From: an uncultured Hormoscilla sp. | GTDB taxonomy: Bacteria > Cyanobacteriota > Cyanobacteriia > Cyanobacteriales > Desertifilaceae | Length of the DNA stretch: 64,000 nucleotides | Assembly (NCBI GenBank): GCA_963921275.4 | Contig: OZ001293.3 | Coordinates: forward strand, 2,176,001-2,240,000 | Direction: 5' to 3' | Shown: positions 37,901 through 49,461 of the stretch, piece after piece | Numbering within the stretch: position 1 is the stretch's first letter | Layout: the number at the start of each line of letters is the position of its first letter | Translations under genes and position numbers: made by a program | Notes under the pieces: generated by a model | What the model was told of the DNA's origin: nothing | Databases searched by the model: none | The model's input: only the letters and a program-made list of their open reading frames with translations

Positions 37901-40900
37901 CGGCAAACTGGGGGTTTAAGTCGATCGCCCGTTCGTAGCTAGCAATACATTCCTGTAGCTGACATTTTCTGTGCAGGGCCACTGCCAAATTATGGTAAGC
38001 GTCGGTGAAATTGGGGTTCAGGGCGATCGCCTTGCGGGACATGGCTTCTGCTTCGTCCACTCGGTCCATTTCTTCGAGAACCAAACCCAGGTTACTATAA
38101 CCTATAGCATAGTTGGGATCCAAGGCGAGCGCCTGTTGCAAATGGGTTTTAGCTTCATCTAAGCGTCCCACATCCTTGAGTGCCATGCCCAAGTTGCTGC
38201 GGACCGAGGCCGAATTTGGTTCCATGCCGATCGCCCGCTCGTACATGGCGATCGCCTCTTCCAGCTTATTCTGTTCTTGGAAAATCGAGCCCAAACTGAC
38301 GATCGAATCCACGTAGTCCGGTTGAATACTTAGAGCCTTTTGATAGGAACTGGCCGCCTCATCAACTCTACCCAGATCCCGATAGACATTCCCCATATTA
38401 TTATGGACGTTGGCAGCATTTCTGTTAATTTGCAAAGCCTTTTCGTAGGTAGCGATCGCCTCTTGAGGGAGACCCTGCTGGCGGAGGACAACACCCAGAT
38501 TAATATAAGCTTCCAGCAAATCTGGCTTGAGATTAATTGCCCGCTGATAATGCTGAGTGGCCTCCGGAAGCTTGCCCTGTGCTTTCAGGGCCCTTCCCAG
38601 GCAGCGATGGGCTTCCGCGAAATCCGGTTCGATACTAATCGCTTTACTATAGCAGGCGATCGCTGCATCTAGCTTACTACTCTGCTGCGCTTTAATCCCT
38701 TGTTTTAGTAACTGGATTGCTGATTTTTCCGGCACGGTGTTAGTTACTGCTCTCGTTCTCTGGCTCCCGCCTGGGAACGCTGTTGGGGTTGGGGGCTTAA
38801 ATTGAGTGCCGAAACCTTTATTCTTTGCTTTTTGAGGCTTTGGACGCTTTTTCACAGCATTGAGTTCCTCCGTCGAACTTACGTCATTGACCAATTCTAA
38901 TAAACTGTCCCAGACTTGCTGAAAAACACCCTGCCAATCTCCAGGAGATGCTTGACGAAATAATCGCATCGTGCTATACCAAGGAGTCTCTTCTCCGGAC
39001 TGCATCCAGCGCCAGTCGGGTGCAAAAGGTAGCAGCACCCAAACGGGTTTGCCCAGGGCACCTGCTAAATGGGGAACCGCAGTATCTACTGAAATGACTA
39101 GGTCCAGTTGGGCGATCGCGCTAGCAGTATCGGCGAAGTCATTTAGCTGCGGACTGAGGTCGCGAATAGGAGTATCGGTGGCCTCAACTGCCCGGGTGCC
39201 TTTTTGCAAGCTATAGAAGACCAGACCCGGTATGCCAACGCCTGGAGCATGCTCTTGTCCTGAAGGACACGGCTGGCGCCGCGCTGCCGCGATCGGCATG
39301 CTCCAGGCGTTGCCCAGCAATTCCAGAAAATAGTTTAATCCGCAAGAACGGAGACGTTGAGGACTCTGAAGTCTTTTTTCGCCCCATTCACCTGCGGCCC
39401 AAACAATTCCGATGTTAATGGTTGACGGTTGATGGTTAATTGATGGGGGTTGTCTGGAACGAGATGCAGGTAAGGAATTTGGGCAGGAATTGTCTGGACA
39501 GTCGTACCGAGTATGCCTGGGAGACCCATCAAGGGGGCATGAACGTCAAATTCTACGGACTGATCAACTACAGATACTAGCTTACTGATACCGGGAATGG
39601 TGGAAAACAATCGCACTAAGGATGGTCCGCAGGCACAGACGATCGTGCGCGGATGCCGTTGGGCAACCAGGGGAACATAGCGAATAAATTGAATTGTATC
39701 TCCCAACCCTTGTTCTGCATGCAATAAAATGGTCAGTCCTGTCAGTTCCTCTTCTTTCCACAGGGGTTGCGGAAAAGCGGGCACCACGTTACCCGGCAGA
39801 TGCCAGCGCCAATGATATTCGGCAAATCCAGCTGTAAAATTGTTAGCGTAAAGTAAGGCCAGCGATCGGGCGAAATGTGCTTCGACATTTGACCGGTCGA
39901 TTTCCAGGGTTTTGCTGTAGGCCGCGATCGCCTCATCGGTACGGCGCAGCTCATACATAGCATGACCCATATTATTGTAAGCGTCGATATAGTCAGGTTT
40001 AATATTTAGAGCCCCTTGAAAGTAGCCGATCGCCTGTTCTGGTTTCCCCGTCTGCAGCAAGGCCACGCCGATATTATGGTAAGCATCAGCATAGTCGGGT
40101 CTTAGTTGCAAAGCCAACTCATACTGGGCGTGAGCCTGCTCGGGCTGACCATGTTGTTGTAATGTCACCCCCAGGTTAAAATAATCTTCTGCTGCTTCTA
40201 GGCGTCCCGCCTGGTGCATGTCTAAAGCAATTGCTAATTGTTGATTGTTAGGAACTAAAGACTGCAAGGCCGATTTTATTTGCACGAACACCCCTTGCCA
40301 ATCTCCTGGTTGACTCTGACGGAACAAACGCATAGTCGGATACCAGGGACTATCGGATCTATCTAGCATCCAGCGCCAGTCAGGAGCAAAAGGTAGCAGC
40401 ACCCAGACAGGTTTGCCCATCGCCCCGGCTAAATGGGCCACCGCTGTGTCTACGGAAATAACTAAATCCAGTTGGGCGATCGCATTTGCCGTATCTGCAA
40501 AATCACCCAATTGCTTGTGCAGAGATACTATTCTTTCTGAGGTTTGTAGTAAGCGCTTTAGCGCTTCGGAGGAAGGTTCTTTTTGCAGACTATATAAAGC
40601 AACCGATTTTTCCGGCACGGTGGGAATATCCAAAAGTTCCAGGAAAAGATCCAGGGAACAAGAACGGTAGCGAGTCAGATCGTGTAGATAGGAATCAGTA
40701 CTCGCCCAGACAAATTCCACTTTAATTGCAGCCTCATCCAGTCGATCCCCCCCGGCCCCCCTTAATAAGGGGGGAGTAAGAAGCCCGACCCGCATCTTCG
40801 GGGGTTGGGAGGGATCCTGCTGCCGTCGATCCGAGAAAGATATCAAAGGCCGCAAATAAGGTATTGAAGCGGGAATATTCTCTAGAGTCGTACACACAAT

Positions 40901-41911
40901 GCGAGGTAAACTCATCAAAGGAACCTGGACGTCAAACTCTGGTAATGGCGATTTTTCCGGAACGGTATCCTGACTTACCACTCGATCTATTCCCGGGACA
41001 GTGGCAAACAGTCGGACTAAGCATTCAGGACATTCTACAATTACTCGTCCCACCCGTTCTTTTACCAGAGGGGCGTAGCGGATAAACTGAATATTATCAC
41101 CCAGTCCTTGTTCCGTGTATATGAAAATAGTACCGCCTTCTAGATAGGAACCATCCCACAGAGGTTCTGCAAAATGACGGGGCGCTACTATGTCATCGTC
41201 CCAACGCCATTCATATTCATGCCAACCAGAGGGCAGATCGCCCTTTAATAGCCAGGTAAAGGCCCGGGCAAAATGCGTGCTAGCATCATTGGGTCTCAAC
41301 TCCAGGGATTTATTGTAATACCCGATCGCCTCTTCTAAACGTCCTTCCGTTTGCAAGACTAGGGCCATGTTATTGTGAACTTCTACGTAGTTGGGTTCGA
41401 TGGCCAGGGCCAGGTGGTATTGGGCGATCGCCTCGGCAATTTTACCCTGTTTTTTGAGGGTGTTCCCCAGACGATTATAGGCCCCTGCGTACTGCGGGTC
41501 GAGGGCGATCGCCCGCTGGTATTGGGCGATCGCCTCATCTAACCGCCCTAATGTTTTCAAGCAGTTGCCCCAGTTATTGTAAGCTTTAGGATAGTCTGGC
41601 TTCAGGGCGATCGCCTGTTTGTAGGCAGCGATCGCCTGTTCTATTTTTCCCTGTTCCCAGAAGCAAGCCCCCAAATTATTATAAGTCTCAGGCCAATCTT
41701 GCTTTATAGATATCACCTGTTGGAAATAGCCGAGCGATCGATCGTATTCCTTCGTCCGATAAGCAATAATTCCCAGCAGAAGCATAGCCTCTACCTGGTG
41801 AGGCTGCTGTTCTAGCATCGCCAAATAAACAGCCCTCGCTTTATCCAGACGTCCTGCTTGGTAGTGACTCAAAGCCTCTCTTAACCAATCGTTACCTGCT
41901 TGCTGTACCAT
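34995..41911 (-). pseudogene. Giant multi-module TPR + glycosyltransferase gene (about four GT modules), split at ~39240-39335 and ~35260-35390
   Basis: ORFs 39335..41911, 35388..39320 and 35031..35264 continue the same module order across the breaks. Confidence 0.8.
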
Positions 41912-42307
41912 TTCACCTCCTAATCATAACAGACAAACCAACGTTAATTATAGCTTCAATTTCCAACTGTTTAATTTCTGATTCCCGGGATATTTTATTT
42001 TAACAGACCTGCATCTGGAAAAATTATTCCAGGAACAACAATTTCCTGGAATAATTTCTCTTCTAATTCTACATCTATGCTGCACCACCACAACAGGCCC
42101 AATGCCAAAAAGTGAGAAACTGCCAGTCCGATAGAGTTAACTCCTTTTCTTCTTATTCTCAACCCCGATCGCGTAGCGTGCGCGCAGCGCATTCGATGGA
42201 AATTACCTGAATTTTTGGTTGTTGCTCTAACAACTCACCCGCGGAGGCGCGATCCGGGAGGTTCTCCCGATACCGCCTTCGGCGCGCTCTTCGCTGTTAA
42301 TGCTGCT

Positions 42308-44062
42308 TTAACCTGGGCAAACACACTCGGCCAGTCTCCCAGTTTTGTTTGACGATCGGGGCCGCATCGTGGGATACCAAGGGCTATCCGATCGATCGAG
42401 CAACCAGCGCCAGTCAGGAGAAAAAGGTAACAGCACCCAGACAGGTTTTCCTAAAGCACCTGCTAGATGGGCAACTGCTGTATCTACAAAAATTACTAAG
42501 TCTAATTGTGAGATAACAGCAGCAGTATCAGCGAAGTCATGTAACAGCTCTCTTAAATCCTGTATAGGTGCCCCATCCAGAATATCTGTATGTTTTTTTT
42601 GCAAACTATAAAGAGAAATCCCTGGTATCTGCGACAGTTTCAGAAACAGGGAAACCGGACAAAACCGCGTCTTGCTAGCTCTATCACTAGGAGACCACAC
42701 AATGCCGACCTTTACGATGCCATCAGGATGTCGTGCCGTTCGTAGCAAGCCACTGTACTTGACGACGTCCTTCTCTTCAGCGTACAAATAGGGTATTCCA
42801 GCCGGAATAGTTTCTATAGTCGTATTCAGGATACGGGGGAGACTCATCAGGGGGACTTGCACGTCAAATGCTGGTAATGGTTCGCCTTTGACTACCACCT
42901 CCTGAACAAGGGAGACCGTAGTAAACAAGCGCCTGAGAGCCCGATATGTTTCCAGGATTACTTTACTAGCACCCCGCTGGGCTACTAAGGGCGCGTAACG
43001 GACGAACTGGATAGCGTCCCCGTGTCCCTGTTCTGTATGTAAAAGAATAGTTTTTCCTGCCAGTGGCGAACCATCCCAAAGGGGTTTTCCCAAGATTTGT
43101 TCCGGGGTCGGAGGCTGTGCTTTTAGGCGCCAGCGCCATTCATATTCTACAAATCCTTGCTGAAAGTCCTGCAATGATAACAAGCACGTTCCCAGACTTA
43201 CGTGGGTCTCTGCTTCATCTGGCTTTAAGGCAATAGCATGGCGGTAATAGCCCATCGCCTCTTGTAATTTCAGTTGTTCTTGCAGGGCAAGACCCAGGTT
43301 GTTGTAGACTGAGGCAAAGTCTGGTTTCAGGGCGATCGCCTTTTGGTGGCATGCGATCGCCTCTGCTAAGTTCCCCCATCTTTGATAGCAGTTACCCAAC
43401 TGATTATAAAATTCCGCCTGTTCTGGTTTAATGGCAATGGCTTTTTTATAATAAGCAATCGCCTCTTTTATGCGGTCATACTCTTCCATAATTCTAGCCA
43501 ATTTATAGTAAACTTCCGCACAGTTGACGTTAATGCTAATGATTTTTTCGTAGCAAACGATCGCCTGTTGGTAATGAGCGCTCGCCTCTTGATAACGCTT
43601 TTCCTCCTTCAGCATCGCCGCCGATTTTTCATGGGCCGCTCCACTCCGAATCAGCGGCACCACTTGCTGGTGCGTCTCGCGCATATCTAATCTTTTTCCC
43701 TGTTTTTCCAGGGCCATAACCAGGTTATCATAAGCATCAAAAAAATCAGGCTTCATTGCGATCGCCTGTTTGTAGGCAGCGATCGCCTGTTCTATTTTTC
43801 CCTGTTCCCAGAAGCAAGCCCCCAAATTATTATAAGTCTCAGGCCAATCTTGCTTTATAGATATCACCTGTTGGAAATAGCCGATCGCCCGATCGTATTC
43901 CCTCGTCCGATAAGCAATAATTCCCAGCAGAAGCATAGCCTCTACCTGGTGAGGCTGCTGTTCTAGCATCGCCAAATAAACAGCCCTCGCTTTATCCAGA
44001 CGTCCGGCTTGGTAGTGACCCAAAGCCTCTCTTAACCAATCATTATCCGCTTGCTGTACCAT
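42308..44062 (-). CDS. TPR + glycosyltransferase (GT9-like) protein; extreme C-terminus degenerate
   Basis: TPRs, then EYEWRW, EQGHGDAIQFVRY, DFADTAAVI, DWRW, SPWYPTMR; N-terminus and upstream region nearly identical to those of the 41911 gene. Confidence 0.85.
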   Translation of the reverse strand: MVQQADNDWLREALGHYQAGRLDKARAVYLAMLEQQPHQVEAMLLLGIIAYRTREYDRAIGYFQQVISIKQDWPETYNNLGACFWEQGKIEQAIAAYKQAIAMKPDFFDAYDNLVMALEKQGKRLDMRETHQQVVPLIRSGAAHEKSAAMLKEEKRYQEASAHYQQAIVCYEKIISINVNCAEVYYKLARIMEEYDRIKEAIAYYKKAIAIKPEQAEFYNQLGNCYQRWGNLAEAIACHQKAIALKPDFASVYNNLGLALQEQLKLQEAMGYYRHAIALKPDEAETHVSLGTCLLSLQDFQQGFVEYEWRWRLKAQPPTPEQILGKPLWDGSPLAGKTILLHTEQGHGDAIQFVRYAPLVAQRGASKVILETYRALRRLFTTVSLVQEVVVKGEPLPAFDVQVPLMSLPRILNTTIETIPAGIPYLYAEEKDVVKYSGLLRTARHPDGIVKVGIVWSPSDRASKTRFCPVSLFLKLSQIPGISLYSLQKKHTDILDGAPIQDLRELLHDFADTAAVISQLDLVIFVDTAVAHLAGALGKPVWVLLPFSPDWRWLLDRSDSPWYPTMRPRSSNKTGRLAECVCPG

Positions 44063-44282
44063 TTCACCTTTTAATCATAACAGACAAACTAACGTTAATC
44101 ATAGCTTCAATTTTCAACTGTTTAATTTCTGATTCCCGGAATATTTTATTTTAACAGACCTGCAGATGGAAAACTCCTTGCCGTTGGAAAACACCCTACC
44201 GCCCGAATTTAAAGAACCCGGCTACACCTTTCCTACCCGCCTCCGCAGGCTAATACCCTCGTCACCGAAAATTACTGAAGTC

Positions 44283-44535
44283 GTTTTAGCCCCAAATGGC
44301 CATGTTTAGCCCTTCCATGGCCATGTTTAGCCCTTCCATGGCCCCAGGTTAGCCCTTCCATGGCCTAGTTTAGCCCCAAATGGCCATGTTTAGCCCTTCT
44401 ATGGCCATGTTTAGCCCTTCCATGGCCCCAGGTTAGCCCAAATATGGCCTAGTTTAGCTCAGACATGGCTTAGTTTAGCCCCAAATTGCCTAGTTGAGCC
44501 CAAACATGGCCTAGTTTAGCCCTTCCATGGCCCAA
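44283..44535. repeat. ~12 tandem 20-22-bp repeats (gtttagcccttccatggccat)
   Basis: Contiguous degenerate units with no spacers. Confidence 0.9.
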
Positions 44536-44826
44536 AAACAGCCCGGCCTATTAAACTAAGCCAGCGGGTCGCCTTCATCGTTTCTGCATCGATGTATGGT
44601 TCTAAGGCATCATATAGGCATAGGGCAGAGGCGGTAACTCGAAGCTACCCGTGCTCGGTGTAGCTGAATTTTCCCCAGATGCCTTGCAAGCACCCACGGC
44701 GATCGCACCGACACCGACTCCCAGCATATACAAGAAATTCCGATTTTTCCGGAACGGTGGAATTACAACCATAATTACCTCGCAGTTATACGGTAGCGCA
44801 CCGATTATCTCAACCAGATGGTCGGT

Positions 44827-46008
44827 CTAGGACTGAGAGAGGCGTTTTACTTCTTCACCTCCTAGCAACTGATGCGCCTCTTCTAGTAAAGCCGGGATTT
44901 TGTCCGCGTGGGGACTATGAGCCAGACACGGGCGCAAGTCCAGTTCCCTCACCCGCGAGGCATTATTTCCCGGAAACCAGTGACCTCCGTTATCCAGCAG
45001 GTTATAACGCATTTTGCCATAGTCAATCATGTCGTAGGCCAGGGCGAGATTTCTCAACCACAGGATAATCGGAATATTTACACCACCAGGCGTCCGATCG
45101 GGCTGGGGTAATCCGGAGTGCCAGGTTTTTACCCAATCTTCCCCCAGAGTAGTAATTGCCTCCTGTTCCAGTCTCGCTAAAATCGGCGGCAAGACCTCGG
45201 ACGCCCGGTCTAACAGCGGCAAAACCTGCAAGTGTTCGTCAAAATCTGTGGGTCGCGCCGCCCCCAAACTGAGAGTATGTACCTGCCGATGAGAAAGACA
45301 AAACAGGTCATTAAACTGCATCGGACTCAGGGGTTTACACAATTCTACCAACTTGGGCGGCGGAGCGTAAAGTTTTCCGCCCTTATCGGAAGGACTGATG
45401 ATGAAAACACCCATATCCTGGCGTTGCGCAGCTTCTATAGCAGGCCAGTTAACTTGATTGATGTAGTACCAGTGCAGATTCACGTAGTCAAACTGATCGG
45501 TCTCAATAGTTTTGACAATGATGTCCGTCGGACCGTGAGTCGAGAAGCCAATAAACCGCACCTTGCCTTCCCCTTGCAGCTTGCGGGCCACATCCAGACA
45601 GCCATCCGAGCGAATACTGTCGTGCATCAACGCATCATTATTGATACCGTGCAGGGACAGCAAATCGACATAGTCCAGCCTCAGGAAAGCCAGGGACTGC
45701 TCAAACTGACACCGAAACTCGACTGTGTCTGACTTGGGACTAACCTTGGTCTGGACAATCAGCTGTTCGCGAGGTAGCTGGGGCAAAATATTGCCCAGCT
45801 GCATCTCTGAGGTACCATAGCCCCTAGCCGTTTCCACGTGATTGATGCCGACTTCCACAGACCGGCGAATTGTCGCTTCCAGATTGCGCTGGTTGTCCTC
45901 CGGAATCGAAGATGCTGGCAGATCCTCCCACTTGTATTGATAGCGCATGCCGCCGCAGGAGAATACTGGCATAAGTAGGGAAGTGCGCCCAAATCGTCTG
46001 TATTGCAT
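44827..46008 (-). CDS. Aldo/keto reductase family protein
   Basis: MQYRRFGRT...[40 protein letters not shown]. Confidence 0.9.
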   Translation of the reverse strand: MQYRRFGRTSLLMPVFSCGGMRYQYKWEDLPASSIPEDNQRNLEATIRRSVEVGINHVETARGYGTSEMQLGNILPQLPREQLIVQTKVSPKSDTVEFRCQFEQSLAFLRLDYVDLLSLHGINNDALMHDSIRSDGCLDVARKLQGEGKVRFIGFSTHGPTDIIVKTIETDQFDYVNLHWYYINQVNWPAIEAAQRQDMGVFIISPSDKGGKLYAPPPKLVELCKPLSPMQFNDLFCLSHRQVHTLSLGAARPTDFDEHLQVLPLLDRASEVLPPILARLEQEAITTLGEDWVKTWHSGLPQPDRTPGGVNIPIILWLRNLALAYDMIDYGKMRYNLLDNGGHWFPGNNASRVRELDLRPCLAHSPHADKIPALLEEAHQLLGGEEVKRLSQS

Positions 46009-46230
46009 GGGTTTGAGTGGGTTTGGTATCAGTTGAATCTGAGAGTGTCTGCCCGTTAGCGCAGCAAGATCAGCGATAAGATCAGCTCAAGTCCCCCTCA
46101 TCGACACGCCAATCTGATGGGCCGGGTTTTTCGATATCTCTTGTTGTGCTCTTGTCCCAGGAGACTCGGCACACAAGAGATATCGGGGACTCATAACCGT
46201 ACCAGACCTACTGTACCTTAACTCACTTAT

Positions 46231-47271
46231 GTGCAAATGGACATTTCTGAACTAGACCACTTGGAAACTTCGGTGCAAGATTTGCTGGCCACGGCCAAGC
46301 TAGAGCTGAAAGCAACGCGCCTAGAGCAGCAACGGGACGAGCAGGTTCAAAAAGCTGTGGCCGAGATTCGCAAGCGAGTGGAACCTTTACTCGCCGACCT
46401 AGAGCAAACCCTCGCACAGTTCGAGAGTGTCAATGGTAGCGCTATTCGTCAGAAACTAGAGGAAAAAGCCGCCGATCTGCGACGACAGTTGGAGGAGGCT
46501 CCCGTCTTAGCGGCTCAGGTTGCAGATTGTCAGCTGATTCTCAATGAGGAACGCTTACTGGACGAGCGACTGGCAGAGCAAACTAACCAGTGGCGGCACG
46601 AACTCAAGGCTGACTTACTGGATATGATTGCCGAGCAACAAGATTTCTATAGTGCTACTGATGGAGCGATCGCGATCCGGGCTTATATCGATGACCTCAA
46701 AGCCATTGGTGCTCTCGAAGAGGTCATCGATGCCTTGATTAACCAGATCAATACCCACTCTAAAGAGGGACCCGCTGCCCGCCTGCGGGGTACTTACGAG
46801 CAAACCCTCAACTTTATTTACGACAAAGCGATGGAGAACCGATCGCGGGTGACAATTAACCGCAGCGTGCAACCGCGCACTCGTCATCGCATATCGGAAA
46901 AACGACCCAACCCCTACATAGATCTAGAGGGTAAGGTAGTGATTTTTGGCGGACATGACCGACTGGCCACGGCTGTAAAAAATCGTCTGCGGAATTCTCA
47001 GGTCAACCTGACCTGGTGTACGGCTCAAGATGGATTACAGTTAGCTCAACAGGCGGAAAATCACATTGCTAATGCGGATATGGTTTTGATTGTCACTGGT
47101 TATGCTAGTCACTCCCTAACAGAAAAAGCGATCCAAGCTGCCCAACGTGCAGGCATAACTCCAGAAATGATTAACACTACAGGCATGACTAAAGTGCTGG
47201 AAGTTATTGAGTTAGGTCTGAAAACTAAACTCCTAGCTCGCCACTTAAATCAATCTTTCAGAGCTGTGTAA
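46231..47271 (+). CDS. Coiled-coil protein with a C-terminal DUF2325-like domain
   Basis: Long helical N-terminus; C-terminal VVIFGGH...ADMVLIVTGYASHSL. Confidence 0.7.
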   Translation: MQMDISELDHLETSVQDLLATAKLELKATRLEQQRDEQVQKAVAEIRKRVEPLLADLEQTLAQFESVNGSAIRQKLEEKAADLRRQLEEAPVLAAQVADCQLILNEERLLDERLAEQTNQWRHELKADLLDMIAEQQDFYSATDGAIAIRAYIDDLKAIGALEEVIDALINQINTHSKEGPAARLRGTYEQTLNFIYDKAMENRSRVTINRSVQPRTRHRISEKRPNPYIDLEGKVVIFGGHDRLATAVKNRLRNSQVNLTWCTAQDGLQLAQQAENHIANADMVLIVTGYASHSLTEKAIQAAQRAGITPEMINTTGMTKVLEVIELGLKTKLLARHLNQSFRAV

Positions 47272-47310
47272 GCTAAGTAGGACTTGTCTCGCCTGGGAGA
47301 GTCCGCGTCC

Positions 47311-47345
47311 GAGAAACCCGGTATGGAGTAAAAACCGGGTTTCTT
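47311..47345. terminator. Hairpin between convergent genes
   Basis: agaaacccgg...ccgggtttct inverted repeat. Confidence 0.5.
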
Positions 47346-47384
47346 AATTCTAGCAATGAACAATTAGCAATCAACCATCAACTA

Positions 47385-48095
47385 TCACATTTCCTTCACT
47401 ACTGGGTTTCCATCTTTAACTTCGCCCACTAGGACTAAGTCGGCGACGCCTACGAATAAACCATTTTCCAAAACGCCGGGAAGGTTATTGAGAGTGTTTT
47501 CTAGTTCTGCTGGGTTATCAATAGAATCAAACTTGACATCGATCACCATATTGCCTTGGTCGGTGATCGCGGGTCCAGCTTTTTTGACACCCATCCGCAG
47601 TTCTGGTTTACCGCCCAGTTTCTCTATGGCGCGCATTACCGGTGTCATAGCCATAGGAATCACTTCTACTGGCAGCAGGAAGGTGGAACCCAGCTTGTCT
47701 ACCAGTTTCCCAACGTCTACGACGACGATAAACTGGTCTGCCAGAGAGTCCACAACCTTTTCCCGAGTGTGGGCCGCGCCACCACCTTTGATTAGGTTCT
47801 TTTGCGGATCTACTTCATCGGCGCCGTCAATGGCAATGTCTATGCGGTCAACGGCATCTAGGGTGGTTAAGGGGATGCCATATTGTTTCGCCAGCACTTC
47901 CGCTTGAAAGGATGTGGGGATGCCTTGGATGTCTTTGAGGTCTCCTGATTTCAGCCTTACGCCCAAATGCTTGATCGCGTAGGCCGTAGTTGACCCGGTC
48001 CCCAACCCCACGATTGTACCAGACTGGATGCGGGCTGCGGCTGCTTTCCCCACTTCCTGTTTCATCACTTTTACCGGGTCAGCTCGCGTGCTCAT
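47385..48095 (-). CDS. rpiA: Ribose-5-phosphate isomerase A
   Basis: [35 protein letters not shown]. Confidence 0.97.
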   Translation of the reverse strand: MSTRADPVKVMKQEVGKAAAARIQSGTIVGLGTGSTTAYAIKHLGVRLKSGDLKDIQGIPTSFQAEVLAKQYGIPLTTLDAVDRIDIAIDGADEVDPQKNLIKGGGAAHTREKVVDSLADQFIVVVDVGKLVDKLGSTFLLPVEVIPMAMTPVMRAIEKLGGKPELRMGVKKAGPAITDQGNMVIDVKFDSIDNPAELENTLNNLPGVLENGLFVGVADLVLVGEVKDGNPVVKEM

Positions 48096-48424
48096 ACTTA
48101 AAACTCCCTTAAATCTTCTGACATTACATGCTGTCTGGGGTTATACCAACTTTCCTCGCAATTGTCAATTTACTATCTCTTGTCCCCTTAACACACATGA
48201 TTGCATATTTTCTCATGTCTGTCAAGCCATAATATTGTAATATTGTCTTACCCTAAGGGCATCCGAAAATTAACATGCGGAGTTAGCAAAAATCTGCATA
48301 AACCTATGATGAAGCTGTCGCGCATTTAATTGCAGACAGATAGGGTTTTCCAATTTTGAATGTTGCATCGGTTATTCCAGACCGCAATCTAACAACAACT
48401 AAGAACTAACAACCAACAATAAAA

Positions 48425-49246
48425 ATGCCTTACCTAGCCCGGATTTTAATTTACCCGATCAAAGCTTTGGATGGAGTTGCTGTCAAGCAAGCAAAGGTAA
48501 TGACTGGCGGTGCGCTAGAACATGACCGAGAATTTGCTATGCTTGACGATAAAAATAGGTTTGTCAATGGCAAGCGGAATGTTAAGATTCACAATCTTAG
48601 GGCTAAGTTTGATGCTTCTATGATAAGAGTTTCAATTCAGGAGGGAGAAGCAGAACAAGTTTTTCATCTGCATCGGGAACGCAGTCAGCTAGAAACATGG
48701 TTAAGTGAATATTTTGGTTTGTCAGTCCATTTGCAGCAAAACTCACTCAAGGGCTTTCCAGATGATACTGAGGCTTTTGGCCCGACAGTAATTAGTACGG
48801 AGACGATCGCCCAAGCAGCATCTTGGTTTCCGGGAGTAAGCGTGTCGGAGATGCGATCGCGCCTGCGAGCTAATCTAGAAATAGAGGGGGTGCCAGCATT
48901 ATGGGAAGATCGGTTGTTTGCCTCAGACAGTAATGCTAGCATATGGTTTAGGATAGGAGATGTTTCGATGGAAGGAGTAAATCCCTGTCAGCGTTGCGTG
49001 GTGCCCACACGAAACTCTATGACTGGGGAAGCATACCCAGATTTCCAAAAGATATTCACGACCAAGCGGAAAGAAACTTTGCCCGGGTGGGTTGCAGCAT
49101 CTCGCTTCAACCATTTTTACAGATTGAGTGTGAACACGCGCATCCCCGCATCGGAAGCTGGTAAGATTTTACAGGTAGGCGATGAAGTGCAGATTCTGGA
49201 TGAGAATAGAGAATTGAGAATAGAGAATGGTAGATTTATTTATTAA
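48425..49246 (+). CDS. MOSC domain protein
   Basis: IYPIKALDG, DREFA, RLRANLEI, PCQRCVVP. Confidence 0.88.
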   Translation: MPYLARILIYPIKALDGVAVKQAKVMTGGALEHDREFAMLDDKNRFVNGKRNVKIHNLRAKFDASMIRVSIQEGEAEQVFHLHRERSQLETWLSEYFGLSVHLQQNSLKGFPDDTEAFGPTVISTETIAQAASWFPGVSVSEMRSRLRANLEIEGVPALWEDRLFASDSNASIWFRIGDVSMEGVNPCQRCVVPTRNSMTGEAYPDFQKIFTTKRKETLPGWVAASRFNHFYRLSVNTRIPASEAGKILQVGDEVQILDENRELRIENGRFIY

Positions 49247-49461
49247 TGTCCATTCCCAAGGCGGCCATTGTCCATCCGAATCTAAAAATAAAAAAATGAC
49301 ATGCTATCGGCGATCTGCATGATAATAGAATAAGGATTGCAGTCAGTTTTAACCGACTTTAGCTGTTAGCCGGGGGTTTGAACCCCGGCGGGTTAGCGGG
49401 AAAGGAAGCAGGTGAAAATGATACCTCGGGGCGGGTTAGCGGGAAAAGGAAGCAGGTGAAA

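Noticed and set aside
44283..44535. Possible CRISPR array
   Set aside because: Contiguous degenerate units with no unique spacers and no cas genes
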